A stretch of DNA of 64,000 nt from an uncultured Planctomycetota bacterium (GTDB taxonomy: Bacteria; Planctomycetota; Planctomycetia; Gemmatales; Gemmataceae), in NCBI GenBank assembly GCA_963849325.1, contig CAWKHF010000008.1, forward strand, positions 190,609 to 254,608, in the 5' to 3' direction. The position numbers were made by a program, and so were the translations under genes. This document shows, in pieces, positions 1-9,818 of this stretch. Under the pieces are notes generated by a model that made no database searches, was not told the origin of the DNA, and saw nothing but the letters and a program-made list of their open reading frames with translations. Within the stretch, counting starts at the first letter, position 1. The number at the start of each line of letters is the position of its first letter.

Positions 1-89
1 GCCCTAAAATGGGGACACTGTAGTGTACAGCCCGTCGTCTCCGACGGGGAGAGAAGCTCAGGGTCCGCAGCGTCCGCGAGGGATGAAAT

Positions 90-1169
90 ATGCCTGAAAA
101 CGTCGTCATTATCGGTTCGGGTCCGGCCGGCTGGACGGCGGCGATCTATGCCGCCCGCGCCAACCTGCAACCGCTCGTCTACGAGGGAGCGATCATCGAG
201 GAGAACCGCTTGCAGGGCACGCTGCCCCTGGGCCAGCTCAACCTGACCACCGAGGTCGAGAACTTTCCGACCTGGCCGTTCGTCGATGCATCCGTGATGG
301 AGCAGTTCTCGCGTTCGGCCCTGCCCGCCGAGCAGTTCTCCATGCTGGAGGGCTACTACCACGGCAAGCACGCCTCGGGCAAGCGCTCGGCGTTCGGCCC
401 AGAGATGATGGCCTACATGCGGCAGCAGGCGGTCAACTTCGGCACGCGCATCATCACCGACGACATCGTGAAGGTGGACTTTCGCCGCCGCCCCTTCGTG
501 CTGACGGCGCACGAGGGGCAGACGGTCGAGACGCGGAGCGTGATCGTGGCCACCGGGGCGCGAGCGAATTATCTGGGGCTGCCCTCGGAGGACAAGTACA
601 AGAACAACGGCGTCTCGGCGTGTGCCGTGTGCGACGGAGCGCTGCCGCGCTTCCGCAATCGGCCGCTCGTCGTCGTCGGCGGCGGCGATTCGGCCGTCGA
701 GGAGGGCACCTATCTGAGCAAGTTCGCCAGCACCGTGTACCTGGTGCATCGCCGCGATCAACTGCGGGCCAGCAAGATCATGCAGGCGCGGGCGCTGGAA
801 AATCCGAAGATCACCATGAAGTGGAACCGCGCCCTCGATGAGGTGCTCGGCAATGACAAGGACGGCGTCACCGGGGTGCGTCTCAAGAGCACGGTCGATA
901 AGCAGACGGAGACGCTCGACGTCAGCGGCGTCTTCCTCGCCATCGGCCATACGCCGAACACGAAGTTTCTCGACGGGCAACTGAAACTCGACGACAAGGG
1001 CTACATCGTGTGGACGAAGCCGCAGCGGACGAACACGAGCGTCGAGGGCGTCTTTGCTTCCGGCGATGTTGCGGATAGTTATTATCGTCAGGCCGTGACG
1101 GCGGCCGGCACCGGTTGCATGGCGGCACTCGATGCCGAACGCTGGTTGGCCGAACAGGGGCATTTGTAA
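90..1169 (+). CDS. trxB: Thioredoxin-disulfide reductase
   Basis: GSGPAG FAD motif, CAVC redox motif, [14 protein letters not shown] motif, C-terminal [15 protein letters not shown]. Intact ORF. Confidence 0.95.
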   Translation: MPENVVIIGSGPAGWTAAIYAARANLQPLVYEGAIIEENRLQGTLPLGQLNLTTEVENFPTWPFVDASVMEQFSRSALPAEQFSMLEGYYHGKHASGKRSAFGPEMMAYMRQQAVNFGTRIITDDIVKVDFRRRPFVLTAHEGQTVETRSVIVATGARANYLGLPSEDKYKNNGVSACAVCDGALPRFRNRPLVVVGGGDSAVEEGTYLSKFASTVYLVHRRDQLRASKIMQARALENPKITMKWNRALDEVLGNDKDGVTGVRLKSTVDKQTETLDVSGVFLAIGHTPNTKFLDGQLKLDDKGYIVWTKPQRTNTSVEGVFASGDVADSYYRQAVTAAGTGCMAALDAERWLAEQGHL

Positions 1170-1321
1170 TCATCCCTTATCCCGGCTTCCTCCGAGAAGA
1201 CTCGTCCCTTTCCATCCGAACGCGGCCGGGCATGACTGGCCGCTATTGGTAGCGGAACTCGTCGGCGACTTCTTTAAGGGGCGGTGCCGCAGTGTTGGCA
1301 CTGCCGCGCGACTGGCGGGGT

Positions 1322-2667
1322 CTACTCCGTCGAACCATGCCGACGCGAGGGCAGGAGCAGACGTACACCACCTTTGGGTCGCAGGGCCAAAAATGGTTCC
1401 GGCTCAGGCTCAACCTGATCGGCGGCCAGATGGAGATGAAACCGTTGCAAGAGGGCGGCCGTCACCGCCCGCATCAGCATGAGGGCGAACGGGCCACCCA
1501 TGCACAGGTGCGGGCCGACGCCGAAAGGGATGTAAGCTTGTGAGGGGATCTCCTTGAGCCGATCTGGGGCGAAGCGTTCGGGATCGAAGCATTGGGGATT
1601 CACAAACCAGCGTGGATCGCGGTGCAGCGCGTAAGGGAAAATGAACAACCAACTCCCCGGCGCAAGCACATATCCGCCGAGTACGACCTCGGTGACAACT
1701 TCGCGGGGAAAAAGGGTCCAGGTCGGCGTATACAATCTTAACACTTCCTTGATCGTCATGTCCGTGTAACGTAGGTGCGGCAAATGAGCAGCGGTCACGG
1801 GCTGGCCGTTGGTCACGGCATCCACTTCCTCGGCGATGCGTGCCTGGATGAGGGGATGCCGGGCTAGCAAGTAGCCGAGCCAGGAGAGGGCAGCCGCTGT
1901 CGTTTCCAATCCGGCATGGAGCAAGGACAACATCTCATCGCATACTTGCCGGTCGCTCAGGCCGGCGGAGAGGAGGGCGGACCCGAGTCCGCCCTCCGTG
2001 GAGCGGATTGAACGGCGAGTGCGGACCAAGTTCCGGAAAAGGCCCACCAGGGAGTGCAGCTCCTTTCGATTGCGCCGCGGCATCAGCCCCGCAACCCAGT
2101 CCGGCCAGGGCAGCGGCCGACCCATCTCGCGGATGAGCACTTCCGAGAGGACGTTGATCGCCTGGCACACGACATGGGACTGTGCGGAGGACAGTCCTTC
2201 CGCGAACAGCGTCCGCACGAGGACTTCCAGGACCAGGCGGCTCATCACCTCGGCGATGTTGATCACTTCACCGGCGCACGGGAGACCGATAATTGCCGGA
2301 CGCCTTCGACAGCGACAGGCACACAGCCTGCCAGGCGCTCGGGGTGGAAGGTGGGCTGGAGCAGTCGCCGATGCCGCAGCCAATCGGGCCCCTCGCGGGT
2401 GACCACGCCATCGCCATTCAGCTGGCGCAAGACGCGCATGACGCGCGGTAGTTTGCGGAAGCAGCCAACCTGCCGGACCAGAAGGTCATAAATCAGGCCC
2501 GGATGATTGGCCGCGTAAGCCCGGAAGGGGCCGAGCCGAAAAGAGGCTAGATCACCGTAACCGCGCGTGAGTTCTATGGCGAAGCGCAGCGGGTCCGCAC
2601 GCAAGCGTCCTGCCAGGCGGAGGCCTCCGAGGAGATCTCTCGGTCCCGGAGGGTAACGAGTTCTCAT
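1322..2667 (-). CDS. Cytochrome P450 (one frameshift near 2280)
   Basis: N-terminus MRTRYPPGP...RRLLQPTFH is in one frame. AGLETT (I-helix), EVLR (ExxR), PERF and the heme motif FGVGPHLCMG are in ORF 1322..2383. Confidence 0.9.
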
Positions 2668-2708
2668 GAAGACAGTCCTGGGGGTGAGATCCGAGGATGT
2701 TCGGGGGC

Positions 2709-3527
2709 TCACGGCACGCGCCGCAGCCTCACGCCGGCCCTTTGCATGATCGGGTCGAGGCGCCGGGCCAGTTCCGGCAGATGATGACTGGGTACAGCCG
2801 GATACAGGTGGTGCTCCAGATGGTACGTCAGTTCCAGGAACAACGCGGGGAGGAGACGGCCGCGCAGCGAGCTGGTCTGAGTCAATGGCGTGTCGCCGTA
2901 GTCGTGGTGGGGCAGATAGACCGTGAGTAGCGGATACACCCAGCTTCCGGTGATGGCCAGTACAGCGTAGACGAGGACGGCGGGTGTCCACGGCCACAGC
3001 ACGATTCCGGCCACAGGGACGGCGATGGCCCAGCTGGCTTCGAGCAACAACCAGCGACGCTGGTCCGTCCGGCCGTGAGCGCGGCGATAGCTCCACCACC
3101 ACAGGCGCGGCAGGAAGATGATGCCGTGCAGGACGGCGCCCCAGAGTCTCATCCGGGCCGGAATCCCCTCGGGGTCGTCGGGTCCGGGAAACGCCTGATG
3201 ATGGCGCAGGTGGCTGAGCCGATAAGCATGGCCGCTCTCCAACAGGACGGCACCGAAGACGAACAGCGCCCACTCGGTTTGTCGCGGGCCGAGGCCGAGC
3301 GAACCGTGGACCACGTCATGCGTCACCGTCACGACGGCGACGAAGATCAGGAAGACGAGCGGCGGCATTAGCCACCACCAGCCAAACCAGAGGGTGACGA
3401 CGCAGATGGCCAAGCCAAGGAACGGGCGGGCGCAGACGATCCAGCGCTGACGACGGCTTGTCACCAGTAGATCGTGGCCCAGGCTGTTCAGGCGCGGCAG
3501 GGCTTCCTCAGCGGAGGGCTGGCTCAT
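2709..3527 (-). CDS. Membrane fatty-acid-desaturase-superfamily di-iron enzyme
   Basis: Three His boxes (HDVVH, HLRHH, HLEHH) and hydrophobic segments. Overlaps the end of the upstream gene. Confidence 0.88.
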   Translation of the reverse strand: MSQPSAEEALPRLNSLGHDLLVTSRRQRWIVCARPFLGLAICVVTLWFGWWWLMPPLVFLIFVAVVTVTHDVVHGSLGLGPRQTEWALFVFGAVLLESGHAYRLSHLRHHQAFPGPDDPEGIPARMRLWGAVLHGIIFLPRLWWWSYRRAHGRTDQRRWLLLEASWAIAVPVAGIVLWPWTPAVLVYAVLAITGSWVYPLLTVYLPHHDYGDTPLTQTSSLRGRLLPALFLELTYHLEHHLYPAVPSHHLPELARRLDPIMQRAGVRLRRVP

Positions 3528-5076
3528 GGCGGTCCTCCGGGACCGGGTTGGTGATCGGCCGAGTGATTTCGACGGGCGGGAGACCTGCTCTGCATCTATG
3601 AGCCAGCACGCGCTCGGCGATGAGGCGGCTGCTCAGCACACAGGCGACGGTGCCGAGTCCGGGCCAGGTCGTGTCGCCCGCGAGCCAGAAGCCGTGTACG
3701 CCGATGTCGTGCGGGATGGCGTGCTGGTTGCTGTTGCCGAGGTTCAGCCGCAGACCGCCGACGGCGCCGCCGAGGCGGTGCGTGAAGCGCTCGTACGTCC
3801 GCGGCGTCGCCGCTTCGCATACGACCGGGCGCCGCCCCAGGTTCGGATAGACATGCCGCGCCAGGGCGACAAGGCGTTCGCTCCTTTTCTCCTTCCGCTG
3901 TCGATATTCCTCCGGGCCGCATGCGCACCAGCCAGCCAACTCGCAGTGGGTTGAAATCATCACGGCCCGATAGCCGGGCGGCGCACTCTCGGTGTCACCC
4001 GGCGCGGACACGGAGATGAACATGTTGTTGCCGTCGCCCAGCGGGCGGTCGTAATCGTACAGCAACTGGTGATGCGTGAACGCCTGGCCGGCGACCTCAT
4101 CCTCCGGCACGCCCAGGAAGACGATCAGGGCGCCGCCGCGTGCGCCGGCGTCGCGGCGGAGGTAGGGTTGCAGTGCCTCGGCCACTGGAGGCGGGGCGAT
4201 GCGGGCGGTCAGGTCGGCGGGGAGGGCGCTGACGACCTGGCGGGCGCGGAAGTCGCCGCGTCGCGTGTGCAGACGAAAGCCGCCGCCCTCGTGGGTACTC
4301 AAGCGGTCGATCTGCCGCACGGCACAACCGACGCGCAGGACGCCGCCCAGGTGGCGGTAATGGGCCAGGAAACGCCGCCAGAAGCCGTACATGCCGCCGC
4401 GAGCGCGGGTCAGACCGGCGCCGCGAATGGTGATGCCGAGGGCGCCGTTGACAAGCGGAGCATCGTCGATGGGGGCGTGAACCGTGTCCTCCAGAAGCAT
4501 GCTCAGCAGTCCGACCAGCGGCCGATCGTCGCGCAGGCCGCAATGGCGCAGGGCGTCGCCCATCGTCCAGCGCAGGTAGCGGGCCAGCGGCAGGTGCGGC
4601 AAGCCCACGCAGCGAATCGCGCGGACGACATCGGAGGGGCCGCGGATCGGCAAGCGGACGCCGGCCCGACTGGCGCGCCAGAAGACGGTGGCCAGACGAT
4701 CCATCCAGCGCCAGAAGCGGCGATGCGCGGGCGAACCTCCCAGCCGTCGCAGACGCTCGGCGTGCCAGGCCGAAGCCTCTCGATACAGCGTTACCGTCCG
4801 ATCCGGCAGCCAGGCGACGTAACCGGGCAGGGCTTCCCCGTCCATCGGTGACATGCCGATGTCAGCGAGCAGTTCGCCGCCGACGCCGCCCGGCTCGAAG
4901 TCCACCAGCGTCGTCGCGCCCACGTCGAAGGCGAAGCCGCGGCGACGGAAGAAGCCGGCACAGCCGCCCGGCTGACCGTGCGCCTCGAAGACGATCGTCT
5001 TGCGTCCGCGCGCCTGCAAGCGCGCCGCGGTCGCCATGCCCGCGATACCGGCTCCGACGATGGCCACGTCGTACAT
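3508..5076 (-). CDS. Phytoene-desaturase/CrtD-like FAD oxidoreductase
   Basis: DVAIVGAGIAG, GGCAGFFRRRGFAFDVGAT, ATPRTYERFT..GAVGG and GDTTWPGLG motifs. Confidence 0.85.
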   Translation of the reverse strand: MYDVAIVGAGIAGMATAARLQARGRKTIVFEAHGQPGGCAGFFRRRGFAFDVGATTLVDFEPGGVGGELLADIGMSPMDGEALPGYVAWLPDRTVTLYREASAWHAERLRRLGGSPAHRRFWRWMDRLATVFWRASRAGVRLPIRGPSDVVRAIRCVGLPHLPLARYLRWTMGDALRHCGLRDDRPLVGLLSMLLEDTVHAPIDDAPLVNGALGITIRGAGLTRARGGMYGFWRRFLAHYRHLGGVLRVGCAVRQIDRLSTHEGGGFRLHTRRGDFRARQVVSALPADLTARIAPPPVAEALQPYLRRDAGARGGALIVFLGVPEDEVAGQAFTHHQLLYDYDRPLGDGNNMFISVSAPGDTESAPPGYRAVMISTHCELAGWCACGPEEYRQRKEKRSERLVALARHVYPNLGRRPVVCEAATPRTYERFTHRLGGAVGGLRLNLGNSNQHAIPHDIGVHGFWLAGDTTWPGLGTVACVLSSRLIAERVLAHRCRAGLPPVEITRPITNPVPEDRHEPALR

Positions 5077-5263
5077 GACTGCTCTCCGCCTCGGAGTTCG
5101 TGGAGGATTGTTCCGGAGGACCAACCGCAGCGGCACAATGCGAATAACCGATTTTTTGGGAGTTCCTCGGTAGACGGAGATCGGCTTTTGACATGCACGC
5201 TCCGGGAGGGGATCGTATGATGAGGACAGCCGGGATCATGCAGGCATTCCAGGGAAGCAACTC

Positions 5264-7258
5264 ATGGGCGATACGGATAACTTGGCGGCGTTCATCAGCC
5301 GCCTCGAAGCGCTGAACCCCTTTCTCGACAACCGCATTAACGGTCCATCGGCGGACGACGTGGACGTGGACGCCATCCACCAGGCGGCGTTCGCGCGGCT
5401 GACGAGGCTGGCGCGCGAAGCGTGCGACAGCCGCCGCGGCGTCGGCGCCGTACTCTGGGGCGAGGCCGGCGTCGGTAAAAGTCATCTGCTGTCGCGCCTC
5501 GGCCGCTGGGCGAATTCGGATAACCGGGCCTGCTTCGTCTACCTGCACAACTTGCAGGCGGCGCCCGAGCACCTGCCGCGCTCGCTGCTGCACGCCGTCC
5601 TCAGCATCCTGACCGGCGGGCGCAGCCGTCATTTCGTCGGTACGCGACTCTTCCAACTCGTACACGCCGGCCTGCTCGATGCGCTGGGCCACCAGCTCGG
5701 CCAGTACAGCTGGCCGCGACTGGAGCGAGCGTACGGACGGATGATCGAGGGTATCGCCGGACGCGATCTGCCGGGCGCGGCGCTGATCGACCGCAACGTC
5801 TGGGACGTGCTGTTCCGCTTCTACCGCTCCGCCTACCGCGCCCCCCAGGGCAAGGAGGACGGCGCCGACGCGGCGCGGGCCGTGCGCTGGCTGGCCGGGC
5901 AGGCGCTCGATCCGGAGGAGGCCCGATCGCTGGGACTACCGCCGCCGCGACGGGCCGACGAGCCGGTCGCGCTGGTCGAGAATCAGCAGATCAAGCAGGT
6001 GCTCGTCGCCCTGACGCGCCTGGCGGCCGCCGCGCGGCAGCCGTTCCTGCTCGTCTTCGATCAGGTCGATAACCTCGACACCGAGCAGGCGTCGGCGCTG
6101 GCCCGCTTCCTCGAAGCCCTGATCGACAGCTCGCCCAACCTGTTCGTCGTCACCACCGGCGTCAAGGACACGCTGTTCGACTGGGTCCAGACCGGCGTCA
6201 TCCACAAATCCACCTGGGACCGGCTGGCACAGGAAGAAATCACGCTCCAGCGCGTGACGCCGGCCGAGGCGGTGCGCATCGTCGAGGGCCGGCTCGAGCG
6301 CTTCCTGGGACCGTTCGCCGACATCGAGTTGGTGCGGCAGCGACGGCAGGAAGACGCACTGTTTCCGCTGGGCCAGGCGTGGCGCGAGCGCTTCTTTCAG
6401 GACCGCATCGAAATCCGGCCGCGCGACGCGATCAACTGGGCGCGCGAAGGCTGGCGGCGGCAGCAGGAGACGCTGGCCCGACACGACCCGCTCGACTGGC
6501 TGACGCGCTGGCCCAGGGACGGCGCCGACGGGGCCGGGCCGCCCGACGAGCCGACCACCGAGGAGGTCCGCGAAGCGATCGATCGCAAAATCGCCGAGAA
6601 ACTGGCGACGAGCCGCGAGCAGTTGGAGCGCGAGCCGCACACGCTGCCGGCCGACGCCGACCATCTGGCGGGACTGGTCTACGCTCTGCTGGTGCCGTGC
6701 CGCGATGGCGGGCATCACTACGGCGTGTGGGAGGTGGACCGTCTTCCGCCGCCGCGACAGGGTGCCCGGCCGACCTACGATCTGTCCGTCCGCCAGCGCG
6801 GCGAAGCGGACGCGGCGGACACGCGCACCGGCGTGGTGTTCGTCATGGCCCCCAGCGCCACTTCGGTGGCGGGTTTCCTGCGCCGCTTGCTGGAGGATTC
6901 GCGACCACTGGACCGCGTCGTGCTGGTGACGGATCGGCGCGTCGGCCTGTCGCTGGGTGAGCGCGGACGCGAGTATCTCGACGACCTGCGACAACAAGGA
7001 CCGCAGCGCTTCGTGACGCTGGAGCTGACCTTCGCCGAGTACGCCGAGCTGGAGGCGATGCAGCGCGTCGTCGGCCTGGCGAAGTCGCGCGACCTGGAAG
7101 TCGAGCCGCGGCCGGGGCGAGCGCGCACCGTCACGGAGCAGGAAGTGATCGACTCGTATCATCGTCACGGGCGCTACCAGTCATCGCGCTTGCTGCGCAC
7201 GCTGCTGGAGGGAGCGGCGACCGCAGCGACAGAAGAGTCGGAAGCGGTGATTTTTTGA
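5264..7258 (+). CDS. P-loop ATPase (AAA-like) with uncharacterised C-terminal domain
   Basis: Walker A GEAGVGKS and Walker B LLVFDQ in an intact 664-aa ORF. Confidence 0.8.
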   Translation: MGDTDNLAAFISRLEALNPFLDNRINGPSADDVDVDAIHQAAFARLTRLAREACDSRRGVGAVLWGEAGVGKSHLLSRLGRWANSDNRACFVYLHNLQAAPEHLPRSLLHAVLSILTGGRSRHFVGTRLFQLVHAGLLDALGHQLGQYSWPRLERAYGRMIEGIAGRDLPGAALIDRNVWDVLFRFYRSAYRAPQGKEDGADAARAVRWLAGQALDPEEARSLGLPPPRRADEPVALVENQQIKQVLVALTRLAAAARQPFLLVFDQVDNLDTEQASALARFLEALIDSSPNLFVVTTGVKDTLFDWVQTGVIHKSTWDRLAQEEITLQRVTPAEAVRIVEGRLERFLGPFADIELVRQRRQEDALFPLGQAWRERFFQDRIEIRPRDAINWAREGWRRQQETLARHDPLDWLTRWPRDGADGAGPPDEPTTEEVREAIDRKIAEKLATSREQLEREPHTLPADADHLAGLVYALLVPCRDGGHHYGVWEVDRLPPPRQGARPTYDLSVRQRGEADAADTRTGVVFVMAPSATSVAGFLRRLLEDSRPLDRVVLVTDRRVGLSLGERGREYLDDLRQQGPQRFVTLELTFAEYAELEAMQRVVGLAKSRDLEVEPRPGRARTVTEQEVIDSYHRHGRYQSSRLLRTLLEGAATAATEESEAVIF

Positions 7259-7288
7259 TCTCCGACGTACAGGGCGATTGCTTCTTCA

Positions 7289-7323
7289 CCCTATTCCCTA
7301 TTCCCTATTCCCTATTCCCTATT
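7289..7323. repeat. (CCCTATT)5 heptamer tandem repeat
   Basis: Five exact copies between convergent genes. The CPBP stop codon lies in the last copy. Confidence 0.95.
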
Positions 7324-7969
7324 CGGATGGCTTGTCGGTGGACTCGCGGGCGGCGAGAGCGTCGGCGGCGCCGGGGCCGCGCAGCAGCCACAGCAGCACC
7401 ACGAAGTCATACAGCGCATGCACGATGATGACGACGAGCAGATTGTGGTCGGCGTAGAGGAAGATGCCGCCGAGATAGGCGCCCATGAGGCCCGCCAGCA
7501 TGGCATAGGTGGGCGTGATGGAGTGCAGGACGCCGAACAGCAGGCTGGCCACGACCACACCGACCCAGACGTTGAACCAGCCGGTGAACGCCTCCTGCAA
7601 GACGCCGCGGAAAAGCATCTCCTCGCCCAGTCCGGCCAGCACGGCAATGCCGAGCAGGTCGAGCAGCGTACAGGGAGCGAGCAAGGGCCGGATGACCTGC
7701 TCGCTGAAATGCTGGATGCGCCGCAGCGGCCCGATCGGCCAGCGCAGAAACAGAAAGAACAGGACCACGAGCGGGACGGTGGCGGCGACGCCCCATAGGG
7801 CCGCTGCCGGAGTCCAGGCGAAGTAGCGCAGCGGCGGTTGGTCGATGATCCAGCCCAGCAGCGAGGCGGCGGCGAGCAGGCCGCCCTCGATGAGGACGGC
7901 CAGCAGGACGACCGTGTGTCGCTGGGCCGCCGCGTCCGATTCCGGCGATTGAGGCGGTTCATCGGCCAT
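7319..7969 (-). CDS. CPBP (Abi/CAAX) intramembrane glutamic endopeptidase
   Basis: EEMLFRG, FGVLH and HALYD motifs with several TM helices. Confidence 0.9.
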   Translation of the reverse strand: MADEPPQSPESDAAAQRHTVVLLAVLIEGGLLAAASLLGWIIDQPPLRYFAWTPAAALWGVAATVPLVVLFFLFLRWPIGPLRRIQHFSEQVIRPLLAPCTLLDLLGIAVLAGLGEEMLFRGVLQEAFTGWFNVWVGVVVASLLFGVLHSITPTYAMLAGLMGAYLGGIFLYADHNLLVVIIVHALYDFVVLLWLLRGPGAADALAARESTDKPSE

Positions 7970-8099
7970 GCGGACGCGGCTCCGGGACCATACGTGCGAA
8001 GGGGGGACCTCCCCTCGATTTTATGCCGGCTCGGGCGAAACGACAGGGCGCTCTCTCTTGGCGGCAGTCGGTGCTTGACTCGCGGCGGAGAAAGAGGAG

Positions 8100-8303
8100 T
8101 TGCTCGACGCTGCCGCCGACAACGATCAGCAAACCGAGGCGCACGCCTACGTTGGCGTCGTGCTGTGGTTGTCCGACGCCGCCGAGAAGGCGAAGGAACA
8201 TCTTGTGTGGGTGCGTGACAACGGCAACCGCGACTTCATCGAGTACGATCTGGCCGTGCTGCTGCTCCGCCGTCCGGATGCGGCGCCGGCGCCAAAACCG
8301 TGA
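8100..8303 (+). pseudogene. Possible C-terminal fragment of a TPR/NlpI-like protein
   Basis: TEAHAYVG...AKEHL...FIEY resembles TPR-protein C-termini. No credible start or N-terminus. Confidence 0.3.
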
Positions 8304-8309
8304 GCGCGG

Positions 8310-8441
8310 AACGTAAAGTCTGTGCCGCTTTCCGCTCTGCTTGTGCGGATGCCGTAGCCGTTGTCTTCAGGATTACCGCCGTCGCTGCGGCAGCGAAACC
8401 AACAGCTGTCACGATCAAAAATGTCACCGCGCGGTCCTCAT
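8310..8441 (-). pseudogene. Truncated cassette gene starting with a signal-peptide-like segment
   Basis: GGGAGAG..ATG lies just after the R' end of the partial attC. After an early frameshift it reads VTFLIVTAVGFAAAATAVILK. Confidence 0.3.
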
Positions 8442-8459
8442 CTCTGCACTCTCCCTTTC

Positions 8460-8545
8460 GCCGAACAACAAGCCCAGCAGCCGACTCACACGGGAAAAGA
8501 CGCTGCGCCACGAGGAAGCGTTCGTCGCGTGGTCGGTCTGTGGCC
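8460..8545 (-). mobile_element. Partial attC site (R'' end lost)
   Basis: Minus strand reads CAGACCGACCACGCGA...GTGTGAGTCGGCTGCTGGGCTTGTT-GTTCGGC, with arms resembling the attC at 9312-9412. Confidence 0.65.
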
Positions 8546-8698
8546 ACGAGGGCGTTGCACGCTCCAGGTCGCGTTGAGTCGATATTGAAGGAGAGAAAGT
8601 GAAGCATCCTCCAAGGCGTAGTCCCGGAGAGCGTGGCGTACGACAGCGGTGAGGCGTCGCAGTTGGGCAATTCTCGTGAGGTCATGGAAAGGTTTCAT
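8545..8698 (-). pseudogene. N-terminal fragment of an APH/homoserine-kinase-like phosphotransferase cassette gene
   Basis: MKPFHDLTRIAQLRRL..ALRDYAL..SLSLLQYRLNATWSV starts right after the attC at 8726 and runs directly into the partial attC. Confidence 0.45.
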
Positions 8699-8725
8699 GC
8701 AATACCGCATGCCCGGCTATACGCT

Positions 8726-8821
8726 GCCGAACGACTCAGCTCTCGTGCGGGGGCCGCTGGAGAGCCGTTGACCCTGCAAGACCGTACCGCGGCCCCCATC
8801 ACGAGAAGCGTCTTGTTCGAG
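8726..8821 (-). mobile_element. Integron attC site
   Basis: Minus strand: CTCGAAC AAGACGCTTCTCGTGATGGGGGCCGC ... GCGGCCCCCGCACGAGAGCTGAGTC GTTCGGC. Imperfect 96-bp palindrome with AAC/GTT cores. Confidence 0.8.
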
Positions 8822-8921
8822 CTTCCGCTTTCCAGGAAACGAGGCGCACCGGTCTAAGGCAGCCGCTCATCCGGATTGTGACCGCTTGGGCCACAGGGCG
8901 AGAGGTCGCTTTGCCCCGTCC

Positions 8922-9194
8922 CTACTTCGGTTTGCCCCGTCCAACCAATGCCTCGGCTTTCTTCACATCCCCAACTAACTCAAGGTGCCCACAGTCAAGA
9001 CAAAGGAACGCCTGGGTGTCAACTGGTTGCCATTTCCAGAACGTGGTGTTCGCGGGGTAAAAGGACAGCCAGTTGAGGGCGCGAAGGCCACCCGGTTCCA
9101 TTCTCTCTCCGCTACAGCGCAGGCAACGCCTTGATCCCGGAGGTGGTTCTTCTGGGTCTTTCGGCACTTGCGAGGTGATGGCACTCGAACTCAT
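8922..9194 (-). CDS. Small zinc-ribbon protein (cassette gene)
   Basis: CLRC...CLDC pair in 90 aa with a GGAGG RBS. Located between attC sites. Confidence 0.7.
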   Translation of the reverse strand: MSSSAITSQVPKDPEEPPPGSRRCLRCSGERMEPGGLRALNWLSFYPANTTFWKWQPVDTQAFLCLDCGHLELVGDVKKAEALVGRGKPK

Positions 9195-9311
9195 CGCTGC
9201 CTCCGTTTCGCGAGGACCAGCAGAGCTTGCTGTTGCCCCTGCCTGAGCCATTTAACAACCGGAACGCAGGAGTGATTCCGCCTGCAGCCAGCCCGTCGGT
9301 CTGCATCTCCT

Positions 9312-9412
9312 CTCGAACAACCCGGCGCAGCAGCCGGCTCACGCGGAAGAAGGCGTGGTGCCGCGCTGAACCCTTCTTCGCGTGGCCGTTCTGCTGCAGC
9401 GACTTGTTCGGC
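9312..9412 (-). mobile_element. Integron attC site
   Basis: Minus strand: GCCGAAC AAGTCGCTGCAGCAGAACGGCCACGCGAAGAAGG ... CCTTCTTCCGCGTGAGCCGGCTGCTGCGCCGGGTT GTTCGAG. Starts 8 nt after the stop of gene 9421..9744. Confidence 0.85.
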
Positions 9413-9420
9413 GGTATATG

Positions 9421-9744
9421 CTACTCAAACTCGTATTCTTCACCTGGCGCATAACGATAATGCCAAACAATTAACTTCGGATCGACCAAGTCAAGTAGAC
9501 TCTCCCCCTCCTTCGGCTCCCGTTCCAAGTTCTCGCCGACGACTAACTGAGTGCCTTCCTCAATCTTTGGTTGATCGAAGAGATAGTGGTGATGATCTCG
9601 CCGGGCAGAGTGCATCTGCGAAACCAATGGTTTTTCAGTTTTCTCGAATCGGACGTCCAAATGGCGAAAGCCAATGGCATGAGGGCATATGGGAGAGTCG
9701 AACTCAACACCGTCCCAGGGGCCGCCATTGAATCGGATTCGCAT
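9421..9744 (-). CDS. Hypothetical protein (first cassette gene, lower GC)
   Basis: 107-aa ORF with RBS GGGAGG and an N-terminal FNGGPWDG motif, lying between the attI-like site and an attC. Confidence 0.65.
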   Translation of the reverse strand: MRIRFNGGPWDGVEFDSPICPHAIGFRHLDVRFEKTEKPLVSQMHSARRDHHHYLFDQPKIEEGTQLVVGENLEREPKEGESLLDLVDPKLIVWHYRYAPGEEYEFE

Positions 9745-9781
9745 TACGCCCCTCCCTTCCGATAGTCATGATCGATCAGGA

Positions 9782-9818
9782 GCCGAACAACTGATTAGAG
9801 CGCACGGCGCGCTCTAAT
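9782..9818 (-). mobile_element. attI-like recombination site
   Basis: Minus strand: ATTAGAGCGCGCCGTGCG-CTCTAAT-CAGTT-GTTCGGC (L box, 5-nt spacer, R box). A further TTAGAGCGCAC copy lies at about 9903. No long attC-type hairpin. Confidence 0.55.

Noticed and set aside
31-82. Hairpin and half-REP upstream of trxB as a regulatory RNA
   Set aside because: Short and consistent with repeat remnants; no further support.
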